DNA of 60,788 nt, counting the filler, from Bipalium vagum (taxonomy: Eukaryota): NCBI GenBank assembly GCA_037834085.1. It is 3 parts of 3 records of this genome, joined end to end, with 100 filler letters (N's around TTAATTAATTAA, not from the genome) between each part and the next. Parts side by side here need not be neighbours in the genome. Positions count along the whole stretch, not along the records: positions 20,344 to 37,111 come from JBBMKC010094789.1; positions 37,212 to 60,788 come from JBBMKC010207598.1; 1 more part is not named here. One strand, given 5' to 3'. Both the position numbers and the translations under genes were made by a program. Below are positions 24,323 through 38,643 of the stretch, piece after piece. The notes below the pieces were generated by a model. That model saw only the letters and a list, made by a program, of their open reading frames with translations, was not told the origin of the DNA and searched no databases. How positions within the stretch are numbered: the first letter of the stretch is position 1; each line of letters begins with the position of its first letter.

Positions 24323-25164
24323 CCTTCTTTATTTTCCGATGCTCGATCTCTTTGTCGACGATTTTTAAACCAGTTAGAGACTTGAGTTGTTGTTAAACCT
24401 GTAGCTTCAGCCAATTCGCGCTTCTCTCTCGGAGTTGGGTATGGATTCTGGCTATACCATTCTCGTAACACATTTCTTGACTTCTCTTTAAAACAATAAC
24501 TAGTTTCATCTCCATCCCATATTGTTCTGGGCAATGGAAATTTCTTTCTAACACGATATTTACCAACAGCGCCCAAAGGACGACCACGGATTTTTTCTGA
24601 TTCCACATAATGTGCTTTCAACCAAAGATCTTGTAATTTATGGTGATTTTGAACTGAAAAATTGTGATTTTCAAGTATTCTGTACAATTCCTTAAAGTTG
24701 CCTCGATGAAATGCTACGACTGCTTTAGCTTTTAGTACACTTTCATTTTTTTGAAGATATTCACAATTTGGTAATGACCACAAAAATCTTGCCAATCGAT
24801 CTATACTTCCTCCCTGTTGAAGCACTTCACATACACATGCCACTTGTTCTTGTGTGAATCCACAGGATTGTACAATATTGCCTTGATTTGATGGATTGCT
24901 TGATGAATCCGTTACGAAACATTCAACTGACATATTATTTGCAACGTCTAAAGGTGAAGATTGCGGTGATACATGACCGGATTTTGCCATAGGTTGGTTT
25001 TGTGGAGTGACATTATTGTAGACTGAATTAGATCCTTGACACGGAAATGAATGCGAATTGTTCGAATATCTAAAATCTGGACTTGAATAATTGAGTCCAC
25101 TGTATGTCTGTTGGTTTGAAGAGCATGGTGAAAGACTGTTAGTGTAATTATTATGATTTATCAT
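24323..25164 (-). CDS. Six1/2: Six1/2 (sine oculis class) exon 1: SIX domain and homeodomain
   Basis: [45 protein letters not shown], the ETSY tetrapeptide diagnostic of Six1/2, and [13 protein letters not shown] (K50). Donor gg|GTAAGT at 24322. Confidence 0.97.
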
Positions 25165-27130
25165 CTGGTTTAGAATAAGTTATAATAATTCAATTTTTAA
25201 GTTAGAATGGTTTTGTTAATATATGTGAGCACACGGTAGATAGTGCCAATCTTCATATAAGACGAGGCCCGTATTTTCATTGGTCGCATGTGCAGCCAAT
25301 TGCGCTTTGACTATTCAATGCAGTTGCGCACACGATTGTATTAACTAATGTTACTGGTCAAATATGATAAGTTGATGAGAAATTCGTGGCTCAAGTTGCA
25401 TCATGTAGATGCTTCAATAACACTTTATCAGTTGAACTAATTGAATTAATTATTTTGGACAAATAGTCTAATGAAAACGTACTGGAATTACTTACAATAT
25501 AATCACCCTATTTTTTAGGCGATTTTATGACAGTAGAAACTAAATATTGATTATGTCATCTATTTAATATTCTGTTGACAACCATATAAATTAGAAATAA
25601 ATAATCGATTTTTACTTTTGTAAAATATTGTCAACATTATGACATTTTTCTAATTTAAATATTATTTAATTATAATTTATTAATTATAAAAATCATATTT
25701 TTGTTATAGTATAAGTTATTTGATGATGTGATAATAATAATTGTTACATCAATTCTATTCGTCTAAGTCAACAGTATATACATTTGAAACACCTTTCATA
25801 AGAGTACTTTTGAATAAAAATGTCTATTGTATTCATATTTTGATTGTATTATTTTATTATATCTAACAATGAAGGGAGATTTATTTATTTTAGTGGGTTT
25901 TGATTTTCTTTAGTGCTCTCATTTTAAATATCTATTAATGTTACTAAGAGTCCTTTGAGTTATTTTCTTTTACGGATAAATAAGATAATATAATATTGTA
26001 ATTCAAATATTTGTTTAAATGATGTCGGTCTTAATTTGAACAAAACTTAATTTTTTTATTATGAAAATATGTCGAAAATGGATAATTTATTAATTCCTGT
26101 TTATTTGTAAATGGTATTTGATTTAAATTATTTTTCTTTAATTAAAAATGATTAATTTCTATCAAAGAAAGTAATGTTTAACAATAATAATTAAAAAAGA
26201 AGAGTATTATATCAATAATTTTTGTTAAATATCATTGCCGCATAATTTGACATTTATTATAAAAGAATTAATTTTTCATTTTTCATTTTTCTCTTTGAAT
26301 TTCATTCATCATATTCCACGGATAAATATTTGGTCAGTATAGTAATAAATACCATTTTAGATTTGTTTGATTTCATAATTATAATAAAATATAAAACTAA
26401 GCAAAAGTGTGACGGGAAAATAATTACTTTTCTAAAAAATTACATTGAAAGACATTTATGACGCTTCTTTACTTATTAAATCAATTCTCCCGTTTATGTT
26501 ATCCAATTTCAAAGTTTGTTCCTTCTAAATCGTCAAAATTTTCAAATAATAATAATGAAAATGAGAAATTAAAAAAATAGTTTCGGTTAAAGAACAATAT
26601 TTTTAATTTAATTTAATAATGTGACGAGTTTAAGAAACATATTTGAGACTGACTCCAGAAATACTTAAAACTTGTTTAATTTAAAAGATTTCACAAAGGG
26701 TTGATTTGAAAATATATTTCAGAAGAAAAAGTCTAGAATATTTACACACATTTTCCTTAGAAAAACATGATTTTTATGCACTCTAAAAATATAAACAAAA
26801 ATTTATCTTTCATCTGAAGAAATTGGGCCAAATCGAAAAGCATAATGAAATGGATAAGATACCAATTCATCATCCAGGGTAAAAGTTTGTCCAATAAACG
26901 ATTTTTTATCAATATTTAGGTTTATTATTATTAATCGATATCACTGGTTAGTAAACTTGTAGAGTCATGTGTAATACTTTCGCCAAGGTCCGGCGTACTA
27001 GGGGTCTAGATTCTCTCATTATTTCTCATAAATGATTAAGACAGACAATCTTATAAAATAATGCCAAAAAAGAATGCCAAACAATAACAGCAATAAAATA
27101 TTTTATATTATATATTAGTTATAACTAATC

Positions 27131-27195
27131 GGAGATACCGGGATTCGAACCCGGGACCTTCACATGTGCATGGACTGCTTTGACCGCTGTTAAGA
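27131..27195 (-). pseudogene. tRNA-derived fragment (tRNA-Ala-like 3' half; pseudogene or SINE head)
   Basis: Perfect T-arm CCGGG-TTCGAAT-CCCGG followed by TATCTCC, with an A-box-like cagcggtcaaagc upstream. No complementary 5' acceptor strand or clean anticodon arm. Confidence 0.55.
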
Positions 27196-28589
27196 TCAGA
27201 AGATCAAAATTTTGAAATTTAAGGAAAAATATTCTCTAATTAAAACAACCGATTCTTCTATAGAAATAGGCATTTTTGGATAAATTCTTATTTTATTTCA
27301 ATTCAAAGGTACAGTGTAACATGTACCTAATGTTTATCCATGAAATATGCAACAATTAAATCTCAAACAAACAAAATGAGAATTATTTTCATTTTATTAC
27401 ATTTCCAAGCATGAATAAGGCAAATATTAATCAATGAAAATATTTTGTTACTATTAAAAGTGATCAAATTAAGAAATAATACAACTATTTTTGGTGGTAC
27501 ATAATGGATAACTTTTTAAAATTGTTTTAATTTGATATTGAGCCAAATCTTAAGGTCAGTGTAATTTAATTAAACCTTCTTTTAATTTTTTTAAGAGTGA
27601 GCCTATTGAAAACAGTTACCAATTAATATATACATTCGATTGAATATATTTAATGTCATGGACGATATTCTAATTTCATTTACAGTCACAACGACCAGAC
27701 AAATCCATCAAAGTCAAGCTCGAAACAAAAATAACAATCTAATTATTTATTCATTATAATTGATTTATTTAATTAGATATACCAGTTCATACCATTCATC
27801 AAATGCATTGTACAAATATGTCATCTCTTTACTATAAATATGGCCATACAGAATCATATAATACACACGAACCGTTTTTATCTCGCTGTTCGATTTTCAA
27901 CGAAATTTATTCATTTACATTTTGTTATTTTTCCTTTATATCTGTTCAATGGTGGAATAATGTGAACGTAATTTAAGAATTACAGTTCATTGTGGATGTT
28001 GTTCAGCATTTTAATAATACTTTATTAATTGAGATAATTTACCGTTTTGTTTTAATGGTTTACGACTTAAAAGACATTCATTTTATTATAATCACAAAAT
28101 TCTCTAATAAAAATATTTTTTGTTTTAATGAATGAATAAAATATTCTATTGTTATAAAAAATAACTTATCAATTTAATAAAATATAAAAATCGAGATCTT
28201 TTAAGTATTGTAATTATTAAATAAGACTAAAATATTTTATACAATTGCAGGTTCATTGTGGTTTATACCTATTAAAATTATTATTAAATGTTGTTTGTTT
28301 ATTATTTTGTGGTCTTCTATTAAATACAATTTTTAAATAAACAAAATTATTTTTATTAAAATTATTTTTTAAATTATTTATTTATTTATTTATTCCAACA
28401 TGATTTTGAATATAATAATTAATATTAAAAATATTATTATTTATTTTTTTTATTTTTCTTAGTTTTTACTGTAAAGGTAAATTGAAAAAAATTAAAATTA
28501 AATCCTTTCAAAAATCTTCATAATATTTTTTATTATTCATCTAAATTTTATTTATCGTTTAGTTTTAATTTCCTAACATTGACGTAACA

Positions 28590-29050
28590 CAAAAGTTGGT
28601 CATATAAACGAGATTTAAAATTTTTCCAAATCCGTTAAAAAATATTTTTTAGTTTCGAACTGATAATTTGATTCATAAAAAACGTTAGATATATTAGAAA
28701 TCAGTTGTTTTATGAACTCAAGCTGCAGAAAATGCTACGAATGCAGTTTTAAAGAGTTGTGCAATTTTTGAAAGTATTAAACTTTTTTCTGAATAACCCC
28801 GGAAGCTCTTTTAGGTTAAAATCTGCAAATAAAACTACTGAGCATCATCTTTCTGTAACATTACACGATTTTAGTAAAAAGATTTACACTCAGTTGATTT
28901 TAAGGTAAGTACAGAAAGAGAAAAAGATCTGGTGAACTGTAATCGTCTTTACAATATAGAATTTGACACAAAAAATTAGTATTATCTGATTGACATAAAA
29001 CATAATTTCGAATCATTTTCAAAGTCAAGCTTATAACCAAGGAAATAATG
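28590..29050 (+). mobile_element. Highly decayed mariner 5' remnant
   Basis: IRNQLFYELKL resembles the mariner N-terminus (IR..LLYEFKLG). Boundaries approximate. Confidence 0.4.
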
Positions 29051-29269
29051 GAATGTTTCTTTGGATGGAATGGAATCTTTCATAATTTTCGAAATGAGTT
29101 CTTATTGACAAAGTATTGTGTCATCCGAAAAGTAATGTTTGTTTTTTGACCAATTAATTAAAAGATTAAAAAAAGTAATCAATAAAATTATTATACATTA
29201 TTTCATTAAATATCAATAAAGAAGTACTTGTTTAAATAATATGATTTATTTAAAATTTAGAGTTAATTT

Positions 29270-29884
29270 AAAAATGGATAGCCTTAAACGATCAGAGGAA
29301 CATTTAAGAAATTGAATATTTATATAAATGTGACCAAAGACGATGCGGAAGATTAATAATTTTTATGAGAAAGCGACAGACGAGAGGAGGATACGGTCAT
29401 GATTTTAAAAATTTAAATCGAGTAACTTTGATTTTGATGATGCTCAACAATATTTGATAATCTCAAATCAATTTGTAAAAAATTCTTTGAAAGAAGATGG
29501 GTACCGAATCTATTAACTGAAATGCAAAAATTAAAACTATTGTTAATCTGTAAACAATTACTTATTCGACGAGAAAATACTTTTTTTAGCGTTCTTGAAA
29601 GGGTTACTAACAAGTCGAGACACCCTAATCTGACATCTATACAGAATTCCATTACAGAAGCGTTTGCCCAATTGAACTAAATCCATGTAAAGAAGGCATG
29701 CATGCGCTTCAGGCAGAGAATCTTGAAGGTCATAGAAACAGAAGGTGGCTATATCGAGCAATAGAAGCACGGAATACATTTTTAATCCAAAAATATAACT
29801 ATTGTTTAAATAATTATGATATTATTTAATAAATCTTTGTTTGTTTAAAGTTGTTTTTTCCGGATTTTGCTGGCACACCCTGTA
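29270..29884 (+). mobile_element. DD37D (maT)-like Tc1/mariner remnant, internally deleted
   Basis: C-terminal ACMRFRQRILKVIETEGGYIEQ* and right TIR ..ggattttgctggcacaccctg followed by TA. Confidence 0.7.
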
Positions 29885-29959
29885 ATTTTTATATATTAAA
29901 ACAAAGATATATACACAACATTTATTTATTTTCAGCATGTTCTCCTTTAATTTCTTTGT

Positions 29960-30560
29960 CGACAATGGTTAATGTACCATTCTTTTTTTCAAATCTTGCA
30001 ATGAAAGAATTGGTTGTGAATAATAATATATCTACTTAATATGCCCAAACACAAAAAATTATCTTTTGTCAATCAACTTTCCGTTACCATTCTTTTGAAA
30101 ACGCTCCAAGTGTTGCTAAAAAATCTCATTCGAATGGGTTTTGCTCCATTGTTAGCAAATGCAGCATCCATTGTGATCATAGCTTTTTGAAACCTAAAAC
30201 TTCAATTAAAATATGATGTGCTATACCATGTGAGATATCGGTGATGTCAGCTTTATCATCAAAGTCAGTCGACGATTTTCCAAAAGAATACGTTCTCTGA
30301 GATCTCTGGTGTTGATTTACTTTTTGGTCATTCTTCATTCGATTTGTCTGCAACTCATGTACAGACACGTTTAAATTCAGTAACCAACCTATCTACTGTT
30401 CTAATTGAAGGTGAAGAGTCCTTATACACTTTTAAGAACCTTCCATGAATTTTTTTTTGGTTCTAAATCTTCCAAAAATAAGAATTTTATCACCTAACGA
30501 TATGTTTTTCCATATTAAAAATCAATGACAGGTAAATTTCAAATGTCTTTTCAATATAGA
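29960..30560 (-). mobile_element. Mariner remnant
   Basis: DISHGIAHHILIEVLGFKKL second-HTH-like segment. Boundaries approximate. Confidence 0.6.
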
Positions 30561-30999
30561 AAGAATTGACAAATTATCGATGAAAATTCACACGTGTTCA
30601 TGAAAAGTATTATAAATTTTATAAAAATAAAATGTCGAACTTAGTAATGCAATCTCTTATCGAACGACAAAACGTATTGATAGACCTAGTACAGTCAACG
30701 TTGGATACTTTATTCAAATCCATTTTTTTGCTTATAGGTAATATTTTAATTCTTTTAAAAGTCAACCAGATTTTGATTAAAATTAATTTTTACATATATC
30801 AAATTTATAATGTTAGTTTTTTGATCTTATATTTGATTTTATCTCACATGAAATAGCAGTTTTTAAAGTTTACCTAAGCTAAATCAAAAAGAGCTATGAA
30901 ACACATTTTATTCATTAAAATATTTTTCATATTTCTCAATTCAATATTGTCATCAAGACAATAAATCATTAATTTTTTTTATAGAAATCGAGATTTGAG

Positions 31000-31900
31000 G
31001 ACTCAAAACACTGAAGAATGACATTTTGAACATCAACCTGGTTCATAAACATCTTATTGGTCAGAAAATCTATGAGTATGTTTGAACATGTGATAATCTG
31101 ATGGCGAGAGGTCATCTATATAAGCTTGATGAAGTAAAATTTTATAGTTCAAATCATGTAACTTTTGTGTTGTTGATCTCAAAAACGTGGTCTTGCATTA
31201 TGAACAATTAACATACTGGAACTATTTCTATTAACAAGGGACCTTTTTTCAAGCAACTTCTTTGCACAAATTTAATTTTGTGTAGTATGACTAATCTGTA
31301 ATATGTTTACAATTTGTTAAAAAATTTTATTTAATTAATCAAGCTTCAGATCACTAAACATTTTTCTTTGGCTGAAGGCTTTAAATAGGCACATGTTTCA
31401 ATTTTTTATCCACATCCAACGATTATGCTTATCTTCACCGATTTCCATATAAGACTCATTTCGAGTCACAATGTAAAATTCGAGATCAAATTGAATCATT
31501 TTGGAAGAATGATCAGTGAAAAACAATTTTCGAGTCTCTTACTTTCTTGCCTATCCTTTAATTGGCGTGGTATCGAATTATTGACCTTTTTTACTTTTCC
31601 AAGTTCTTGAAGAAGCCGAGAAATGGTTGACTTGGTGAAATTTAATTCTTCAAATAATTCTTTAACCGAGTTTTAGTTCAATTAATGCTTTCAAATGGTC
31701 GTTACTTATAACACTATCTTGTTCTTCACAGTAATCATTTTCAATGTTGAGGTTAAAATTTTGAAAATGTTATATCTTGTGTTCCCTTTCGCTTACAGAA
31801 ACATGACCCCATACAAAGTTAATATATGTAGTTGCTTCTGATGCATGGTAATAAAGCTTAAATTCATGAAGAATGCAAATTCAAATTTTTTTTAATCACG
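31000..31900 (-). mobile_element. Mariner remnant
   Basis: Decayed HTH and catalytic-domain fragments (gacctctcgccatcagattatcac = DLSPSDYH). Boundaries approximate. Confidence 0.6.
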
Positions 31901-31999
31901 TACAAGAAATTGTAAAAAATAACGTGTTATTTTAAATTGAGCTGCTTACTTTAGAATTAAATGAAAAAAGCGAATTGACCTTTAAGTTTGATATATTAA

Positions 32000-32800
32000 G
32001 ATTATTATCATAGAAACTGATTTAAAAAAATGTCTTGTTAAGGTTAATTGTTAACCGAATGAGTCTTCAAAATTTTCTGAAATTTGTTCTGAGGTAATTT
32101 TATAGCGAAAGAAATAAGTGAAAGTCTGATGACACTAAATCAATTACGTACAGAGGATGCAAAGAACCACTCATCTCAGAATAAATTTTTTTTGAAAAGG
32201 TTGGAGTGTGTTGCTTCATTTAAGTTGTCCAATGGGTCCGCATAAATTTTTCCAGTTATAGTCATTTTCTTTAGCACCAATTCCAAATTATAAAGTACCG
32301 GTTTTGGAATTGATCAGGCGTTTGACCTAGGTTCACCCATTGCTTTCGACGTTTGATATTGAAATACAAACCCACTTCTCATCACCGGTCACAAGCCTAT
32401 TCAATAAAAGTTTAGGAATAATTCAAAAAGAATGGGAAATACACATCTACAGACCTTTTTTCATGTTTGATTCAGACAATTGATGAGGAACCCATTTTCA
32501 AGTTTTTGAACTTTTCCCATAGATTAAGAGATCGTTTTCATTGAAATTGATATAACTAACCAGTTCATCTTGTGTTGCACTTGATCTTCTTTAGTATTTC
32601 GTAATACATCTTCACAATTTACACATCCTGAATTAGGCTCATATTCAACAGTAAGATTTTCTGCTTTGAATCTTGCAACCACAAAAAACTGTTACATTCA
32701 GAAGGATAGGTGTGGCATTCCGTTGAGTTTTTGTGCATTTAATTCATTAAGTAAGCAGTGTCCAATATAACAGTTTACCTTATACATATATTGATTTCAG
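32000..32800 (-). mobile_element. Mariner remnant
   Basis: KWVPHQLS (WVPHEL motif) and RLVTGDEKWV on the minus strand. Confidence 0.8.
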
Positions 32801-35399
32801 CCATATTTCAATCTAAAATATCCTCATAAATTAAAAAAATTCAATCCAAAATAATTTTTTAACACATCATTATAATTTCAATATTTTAATATTGACAAAG
32901 CAAGTTGTTATCGGACTCAAAAATCTAATAATTAAGTGCTCATCAAGTATACAAATTCGTAAATATAATACTTTATTCGATCATGTAATAGGCAACAATA
33001 ACGACAATTTATTCAATCATGTATCAAAGGTTCTTTCTCGTTCTTTCTGAAAGACCCTACAACTAATGATATCAAAATGGCCCAACGAATATCCTGCACT
33101 ACATAATTACTACCAACGAAATCAGCAAAGTTAATCAATAATCAATGGTAAATGGAAGAATGGAAATTGAAATAAAATTAAATCGACATCATTCTTAAAT
33201 GAATCAATACAAATTAAGGAACACACACGAAATATAACTATTAGTTGGTGATGACTTCGAATTCGGTTTCTTTGGAGGTTGCACGGGTCTACTAGAGCAC
33301 CTGTTGACTTTCAGAATTTTCTAGGGGCCAATTGCAATCTCTGCCAGAAAGACACACGACACATAGAGAACAGTTGTTACATGTCTTCATGATAATTTAG
33401 TATTTATTACTCAAAGAAAAATTGAGTTTAAAATGCTCCCTGTAACTTTAGAATTAAATTTACCCACAATATTTAACTCTCAAGGTGTTCGAGTCGCGTT
33501 TAAGGTCTTATTTATATTTTCAAAAATCAATCAACTTTAACATTTCTTTTTTCAGAATCGATTATCAACTTTTAATTACTTATTAATTTTAAATCATTAA
33601 TAAATTTCACATTACATAATCAACAGCACAATTTTCAAGTTTCTCCGAAATCACAATCGAAAACGCAATGTATTTATTTAATTTGGAGGCCTTCCTTTCC
33701 GAAATTATAAATTCATTTTTGTCCAATCAGACCATCAGTTCTCGGAACTGAGAGTTGATTTGTTTTACTATGCCTTGTCACAATACTTAATTTTCTTTCC
33801 TAATCCAATAACTAAGGCTTCAAAGCCTTATTTAAGGTGACCTCTAAATGCCTTCCAGCAATGGCCAAACTATAGGGAAATTATATATTGGGAAATTATG
33901 TCATACTATCATCTCGCCCTGGAAAATACTTTTCGAAACAAACAATAAAAAATAGAAAAGATTGAAGTGGGAGTTAGTGAATTTTTCACCTCAAGAGTAG
34001 AAGTTTTATAAAGATGTATTTATAAACTGGTTTCTCTTTGGAAAAGTGTTATTGATTTTGATAGTGATTATTTTTATGAATCAAATTTAATTTAGGTTCA
34101 TTTATTAGTCTTTCTTTGATTTTTAATATAGTCATACCAAAACCCGCATGAACTTTATTGATTATCTGACATTTCATAGAAATGTACTCAAAACAAGAAC
34201 AAAGAAGCGTAATATATGTGATTGTGATCCAGAATATTAAATCAAATGGAAAAGATCAATGTTGAAACTTATGAATTTATAGCAATGATAAAAGTAAAAC
34301 AAAGTGTAATGACAACTGAAATAATTCTTGGGAAATCGGGAAAATATTTCATTTGATCTTTTAGTAAATAATTTCGCAAATAATTTTTCAATTTTGTAAT
34401 TATAAAATAATATAAAAAATAATATTATTTATCATCTTTCATAAAGAAGATAAAGTTTAACGTAATTTTATAAGGAAGTATAAAATTCATAGGTTATTTG
34501 AAAATTATACAAAAAATTTTTGAAAGATTACTTTTGCTCATTTGAAGAAAATTCCTTATGCATGTCAGAAAGAAATTGAATGAAACAGTGGCAACGACAC
34601 AAACAGTCGAAGGAACGCAATATAGTCTGAATATAGGTGTGAAGTTACAAAGGTATCAAATATCAATGGCATTTGATATCACACGAATTTCTTATAATTG
34701 AAGATATTACAGATTTTTTAGAGAAGAAACACAGTGTCATAGTACTATGTGAAAAGATTTTATTTAAGATTTAACAATTAAAATGGAGACTTGTTGCTCC
34801 TTTAAATATTTGTTTGGACCTTCTAATTGCAGTCGATTTATAAAATAATTACGTGGAGGACAAGTCTGGTGTCATTTTTAATTAATAAATTTAGAGTTAA
34901 TAAATGTTATTTTAAATGAGTTCCGTACAATTGATAACAGATATCCACGAAAGATGCTGTTTTTCTTTGTTTGCTTAAAATATACTTAAAATGTGCACAA
35001 ATAATAATTATCATGATAATTATTAATTTTACTTAAGCTTGTTTGATTAAATTAAAATATAAATAAAGATACAATGCAATTAATATCGGAATTCTTAATA
35101 TTTTAAAATGCTAATTGTTCATTAGGTTCAGTTTTTAAAGTTATATTTTATGATATAATAATATAATATGATAATATTATAGCATTTATAATTCTCTTAG
35201 AACTTATGTTAGCTTATGATTGAGTGACAGTAGTTATAAATAAAAGTGGTCCACGATGGTAATTTCTTGTGATCTACCATCTATACAAGAGATATATTTT
35301 TTATTTATTTTTAATACGGAACGTGTATGAATTGAAGAATATTTATGCATAAAATAAACAAAAATATTTATCCGAAAATAAATGTTCCACTTTTCAAAT

Positions 35400-36043
35400 T
35401 CAAAGTTTTCTTATCACCTTATCTCATTTTGATGTATGAGATTATGAAATTATGATAAAATTACCGATATTTTGTAAATTTATCAAACATAAAGTACCAT
35501 CATGATCACCGAAGAAATCGAAGTTTACTGATATTATATGTTGATTAGAAGTCAAATTCACATTTCCTCAAATCTTGCAGCTAATTGCTCTCTGTCAATT
35601 TTGTATTCTGACTTTACATCACAAACATAAACCCTCATTTTCGCCATTATGTTATATTAGGAGACATTGATTTAGTCAATCTAAGGAGTCCAATTCTCCT
35701 ACGAGACAATAAACAAAACGGTTTCACAAATAAGATGGTACTAAAACTGATTCAGTTGTGACATGAAACTCTTGCATAACAAAGATATCTGACCTTATCT
35801 CATAGGCTTTTTTTTTAAAAATCTAGACCACTCTTTCAATGAAAGTGGTCAAAAATCAGTATAGCTTCAAAGCAACCTTCAAAAATTCGTCAAGACAAGA
35901 AACTCGAATTTCTTTAAATACGGAATAAACAAACTTTTATCTCGTTGGAAAAAAATCAAGAAGCCGCTAATGCTTAGTCTTCAAATGAAATTGGAATTAA
36001 TAAATAAGTAAATAAAAATTTAGCATTTCACTTTCCGGTGAAT
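35400..36043 (+). mobile_element. Mariner 3' remnant ending at a 145-N gap (36044-36188)
   Basis: SPILLRDN (compare PILLHDN) and FFKYGINKLLSRWKK C-terminal motif. Confidence 0.55.
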
Positions 36044-37053
36044 NNNNNNNNNNNNNNNNNNNNNNNNNNNNNNNNNNNNNNNNNNNNNNNNNNNNNNNNN
36101 NNNNNNNNNNNNNNNNNNNNNNNNNNNNNNNNNNNNNNNNNNNNNNNNNNNNNNNNNNNNNNNNNNNNNNNNNNNNNNNNNNNNNNNNATTTTTTTAGTT
36201 CAGACCTAAGTCGAAGAAATATCAGACTCGTAAAACAAAACTGTTTGAAGATTTTTCTTTCATTATTTAATTTTAACAATCTTTTTACCTTGTCTTTAGA
36301 GTCGATATTTATCAATCCATCAATATTTTTAACTATTTGTAACTATAATTATTTGCATAATATAAAATAATATTTTTCAGTTAATTAATAAATAAATAAT
36401 AAATAATTTAATATAACCTAAAATAAAGATTATATTAAAAATATTTATTTTTAATAATTACTTAATCTGACGAACGCAGATTTCTTTTACTTTAATTACA
36501 ATGTTATTAAAATATTATATCTTATTTTATTCGACTAAACATTAAAACAAACTTATGTATTATAATAGTAATAGAACATAAAAAGTAATATTCGATAAAA
36601 ATTAATCAGTTTTTATTAATTAAAAATAAAGACATAAAGTTTATTGTAATAATTTTCTAAGATTTTATTTATCGAAATTATTCTTTTTCTCCACAAATTA
36701 CATCAATAAACATGATATTGAGTATTTTACATTATTATTTATTATATTATATTATATTATATTTTTATTTATTTTCATATAATTTCTGAAAGCTGAGTTT
36801 TTTGATAAAATCATCTCCGAGCTGCCAACAAGGCGACCGAAGTGTATACTTGCCGAAGGTGCTTACTTTGATTAAATAAATTGTTCCTGGTCAAAGATTT
36901 CTTTAATAAATGTTTGTTATTAAATCCATGCATTTCATACAATATATAAGAAGTGTAAAATTTAATTTAATTATAAAATTCTGCGAAAATTTTTTCCAAA
37001 AATTAATTTCAATTTATAAAAATAAAATTAATGTTAAAAATACAGGGTTATTC

Positions 37054-37111
37054 CTTAATATATTTAAAAGTATAACTTAATATATTTAAAAGTATAACTT
37101 AATATATTTAA
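37054..37111. repeat. 22-bp tandem repeat (cttaatatatttaaaagtataa), ~2.6 copies at contig end
   Basis: Exact unit repetition running into the linker. Confidence 0.85.
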
Positions 37112-37211
37112 NNNNNNNNNNNNNNNNNNNNNNNNNNNNNNNNNNNNNNNNNNNNTTAATTAATTAANNNNNNNNNNNNNNNNNNNNNNNNNNNNNNNNN
37201 NNNNNNNNNNN
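37112..37211. other. Artificial contig linker (44 N + TTAATTAATTAA + 44 N)
   Basis: Same structure as 20244-20343. Confidence 0.92.
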
Positions 37212-37879
37212 AGTTAACTTTAAGATTGCTCGCTTTTAACTAATTAAAAATTACAGTGTTTTATTCAGATGGGAATAAATAAATAAATTTATCTCATTTA
37301 TTTATTGATATAACCAATGATATAAATAACACATAATGAGAAATATAAAAAATGAAGGTTTATGAATAAAGACTTATTAATGAAAGCAAAAATGCACTTA
37401 AAGAATCACAATAAAGATAAATGTGAAACAAAAAAATATATCAATAAAATTAATTAAGAAATCAATTTTCAAAGATAAATATCAATTTATCCATAGAATC
37501 CCTTCGTCTTCACGAATGCATTCATTTTGTAATTGAGACAATAAATTATATACAAAGGGATTTTATTACAATATATTAGAAACAAAAAAGGTAAAGGAAA
37601 GAAAAATTTAAAAGAATTTTTTTGCAATATTTTTAATTCAAAAAATTCAACAACGTAAAGAGATTTCATTAAATAAATTATTTTTTTAAAAAATAATTTT
37701 TACCGAGCTTAATTCGTAATTAAATAACAAAATACGTAATTAAAATAGGTTGTTAAATTAGAAATTGGTGTTTTAATGAATAACATTCATTATTATATAA
37801 ACAATCAAAAACTGTGCATTTTAAATTTTATTATGTAAATTTGTTTCATAATATTTTATTAATATTATCTTTCATTTCA

Positions 37880-38260
37880 TTCATTATTAGTGGGGGAAAA
37901 AGGTTAGAAATATGGATGACTGAAAATACAAAACTTATATTTGTATGTGGTATGATTTCTATCAATGAAAGATTGCTCCAGAATCACTCAGAACAATATG
38001 AGATGTGCTTGGTGATGTTGTTATTAGTAATAGTCAGTACAGTAGATGGTTTCACCGATTTAAACATGAAAATGTAGATCTGAAAGATGATCACCATGAA
38101 CGAAATTTTCAAACGATAGATAATAATAACTTAAAGAATTCATTGAGACAGATCATCGACAATCTACTAGAGGCACGTGACTATAGCAAATCTTATATAT
38201 TCAATGACAGAATAAATAAATGCGGCAAATTGATTTCACATTAACTTAGTCTTAAAAATA
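37880..38260 (+). mobile_element. Mariner 5' fragment
   Basis: LGDVVISNSQYSRWFHRFKHENVDLKDD HTH motif. Confidence 0.7.
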
Positions 38261-38643
38261 TGGTAGCCTAGGTCAAATGTTATGGCAAAAATCTATCAAT
38301 AGTGCATTTGTTTAAAAAATCCTTCGATTTTCAGCTTAACCGAAATAAAAGAAAAATTATTTAAATTATCATTTTTAATTATTTGGTTGGTTTGAAAAAA
38401 ATCTATCAACCATTGGAATGTAAACAGATTATATATGCCGAAGATCTTTGAGTTTTAAAGAAAATCTAAAAATCAGAATCAATGTTGCAGAAATTCGTAT
38501 TTAATTATTTACTTGATGGTAACTGATCGTAAAAAATTGATCTCGTAATCTTTAGTTCTTTTTCAACAGTTAATACTCAAAATTAAGGATTCAAAACAAT
38601 TTCTCATACCGACATAAGAATGAAATATTATTCACAAATAAAT

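Noticed and set aside
36028-36370. ORFs spanning the N gap
   Set aside because: Artefacts of translating Ns.
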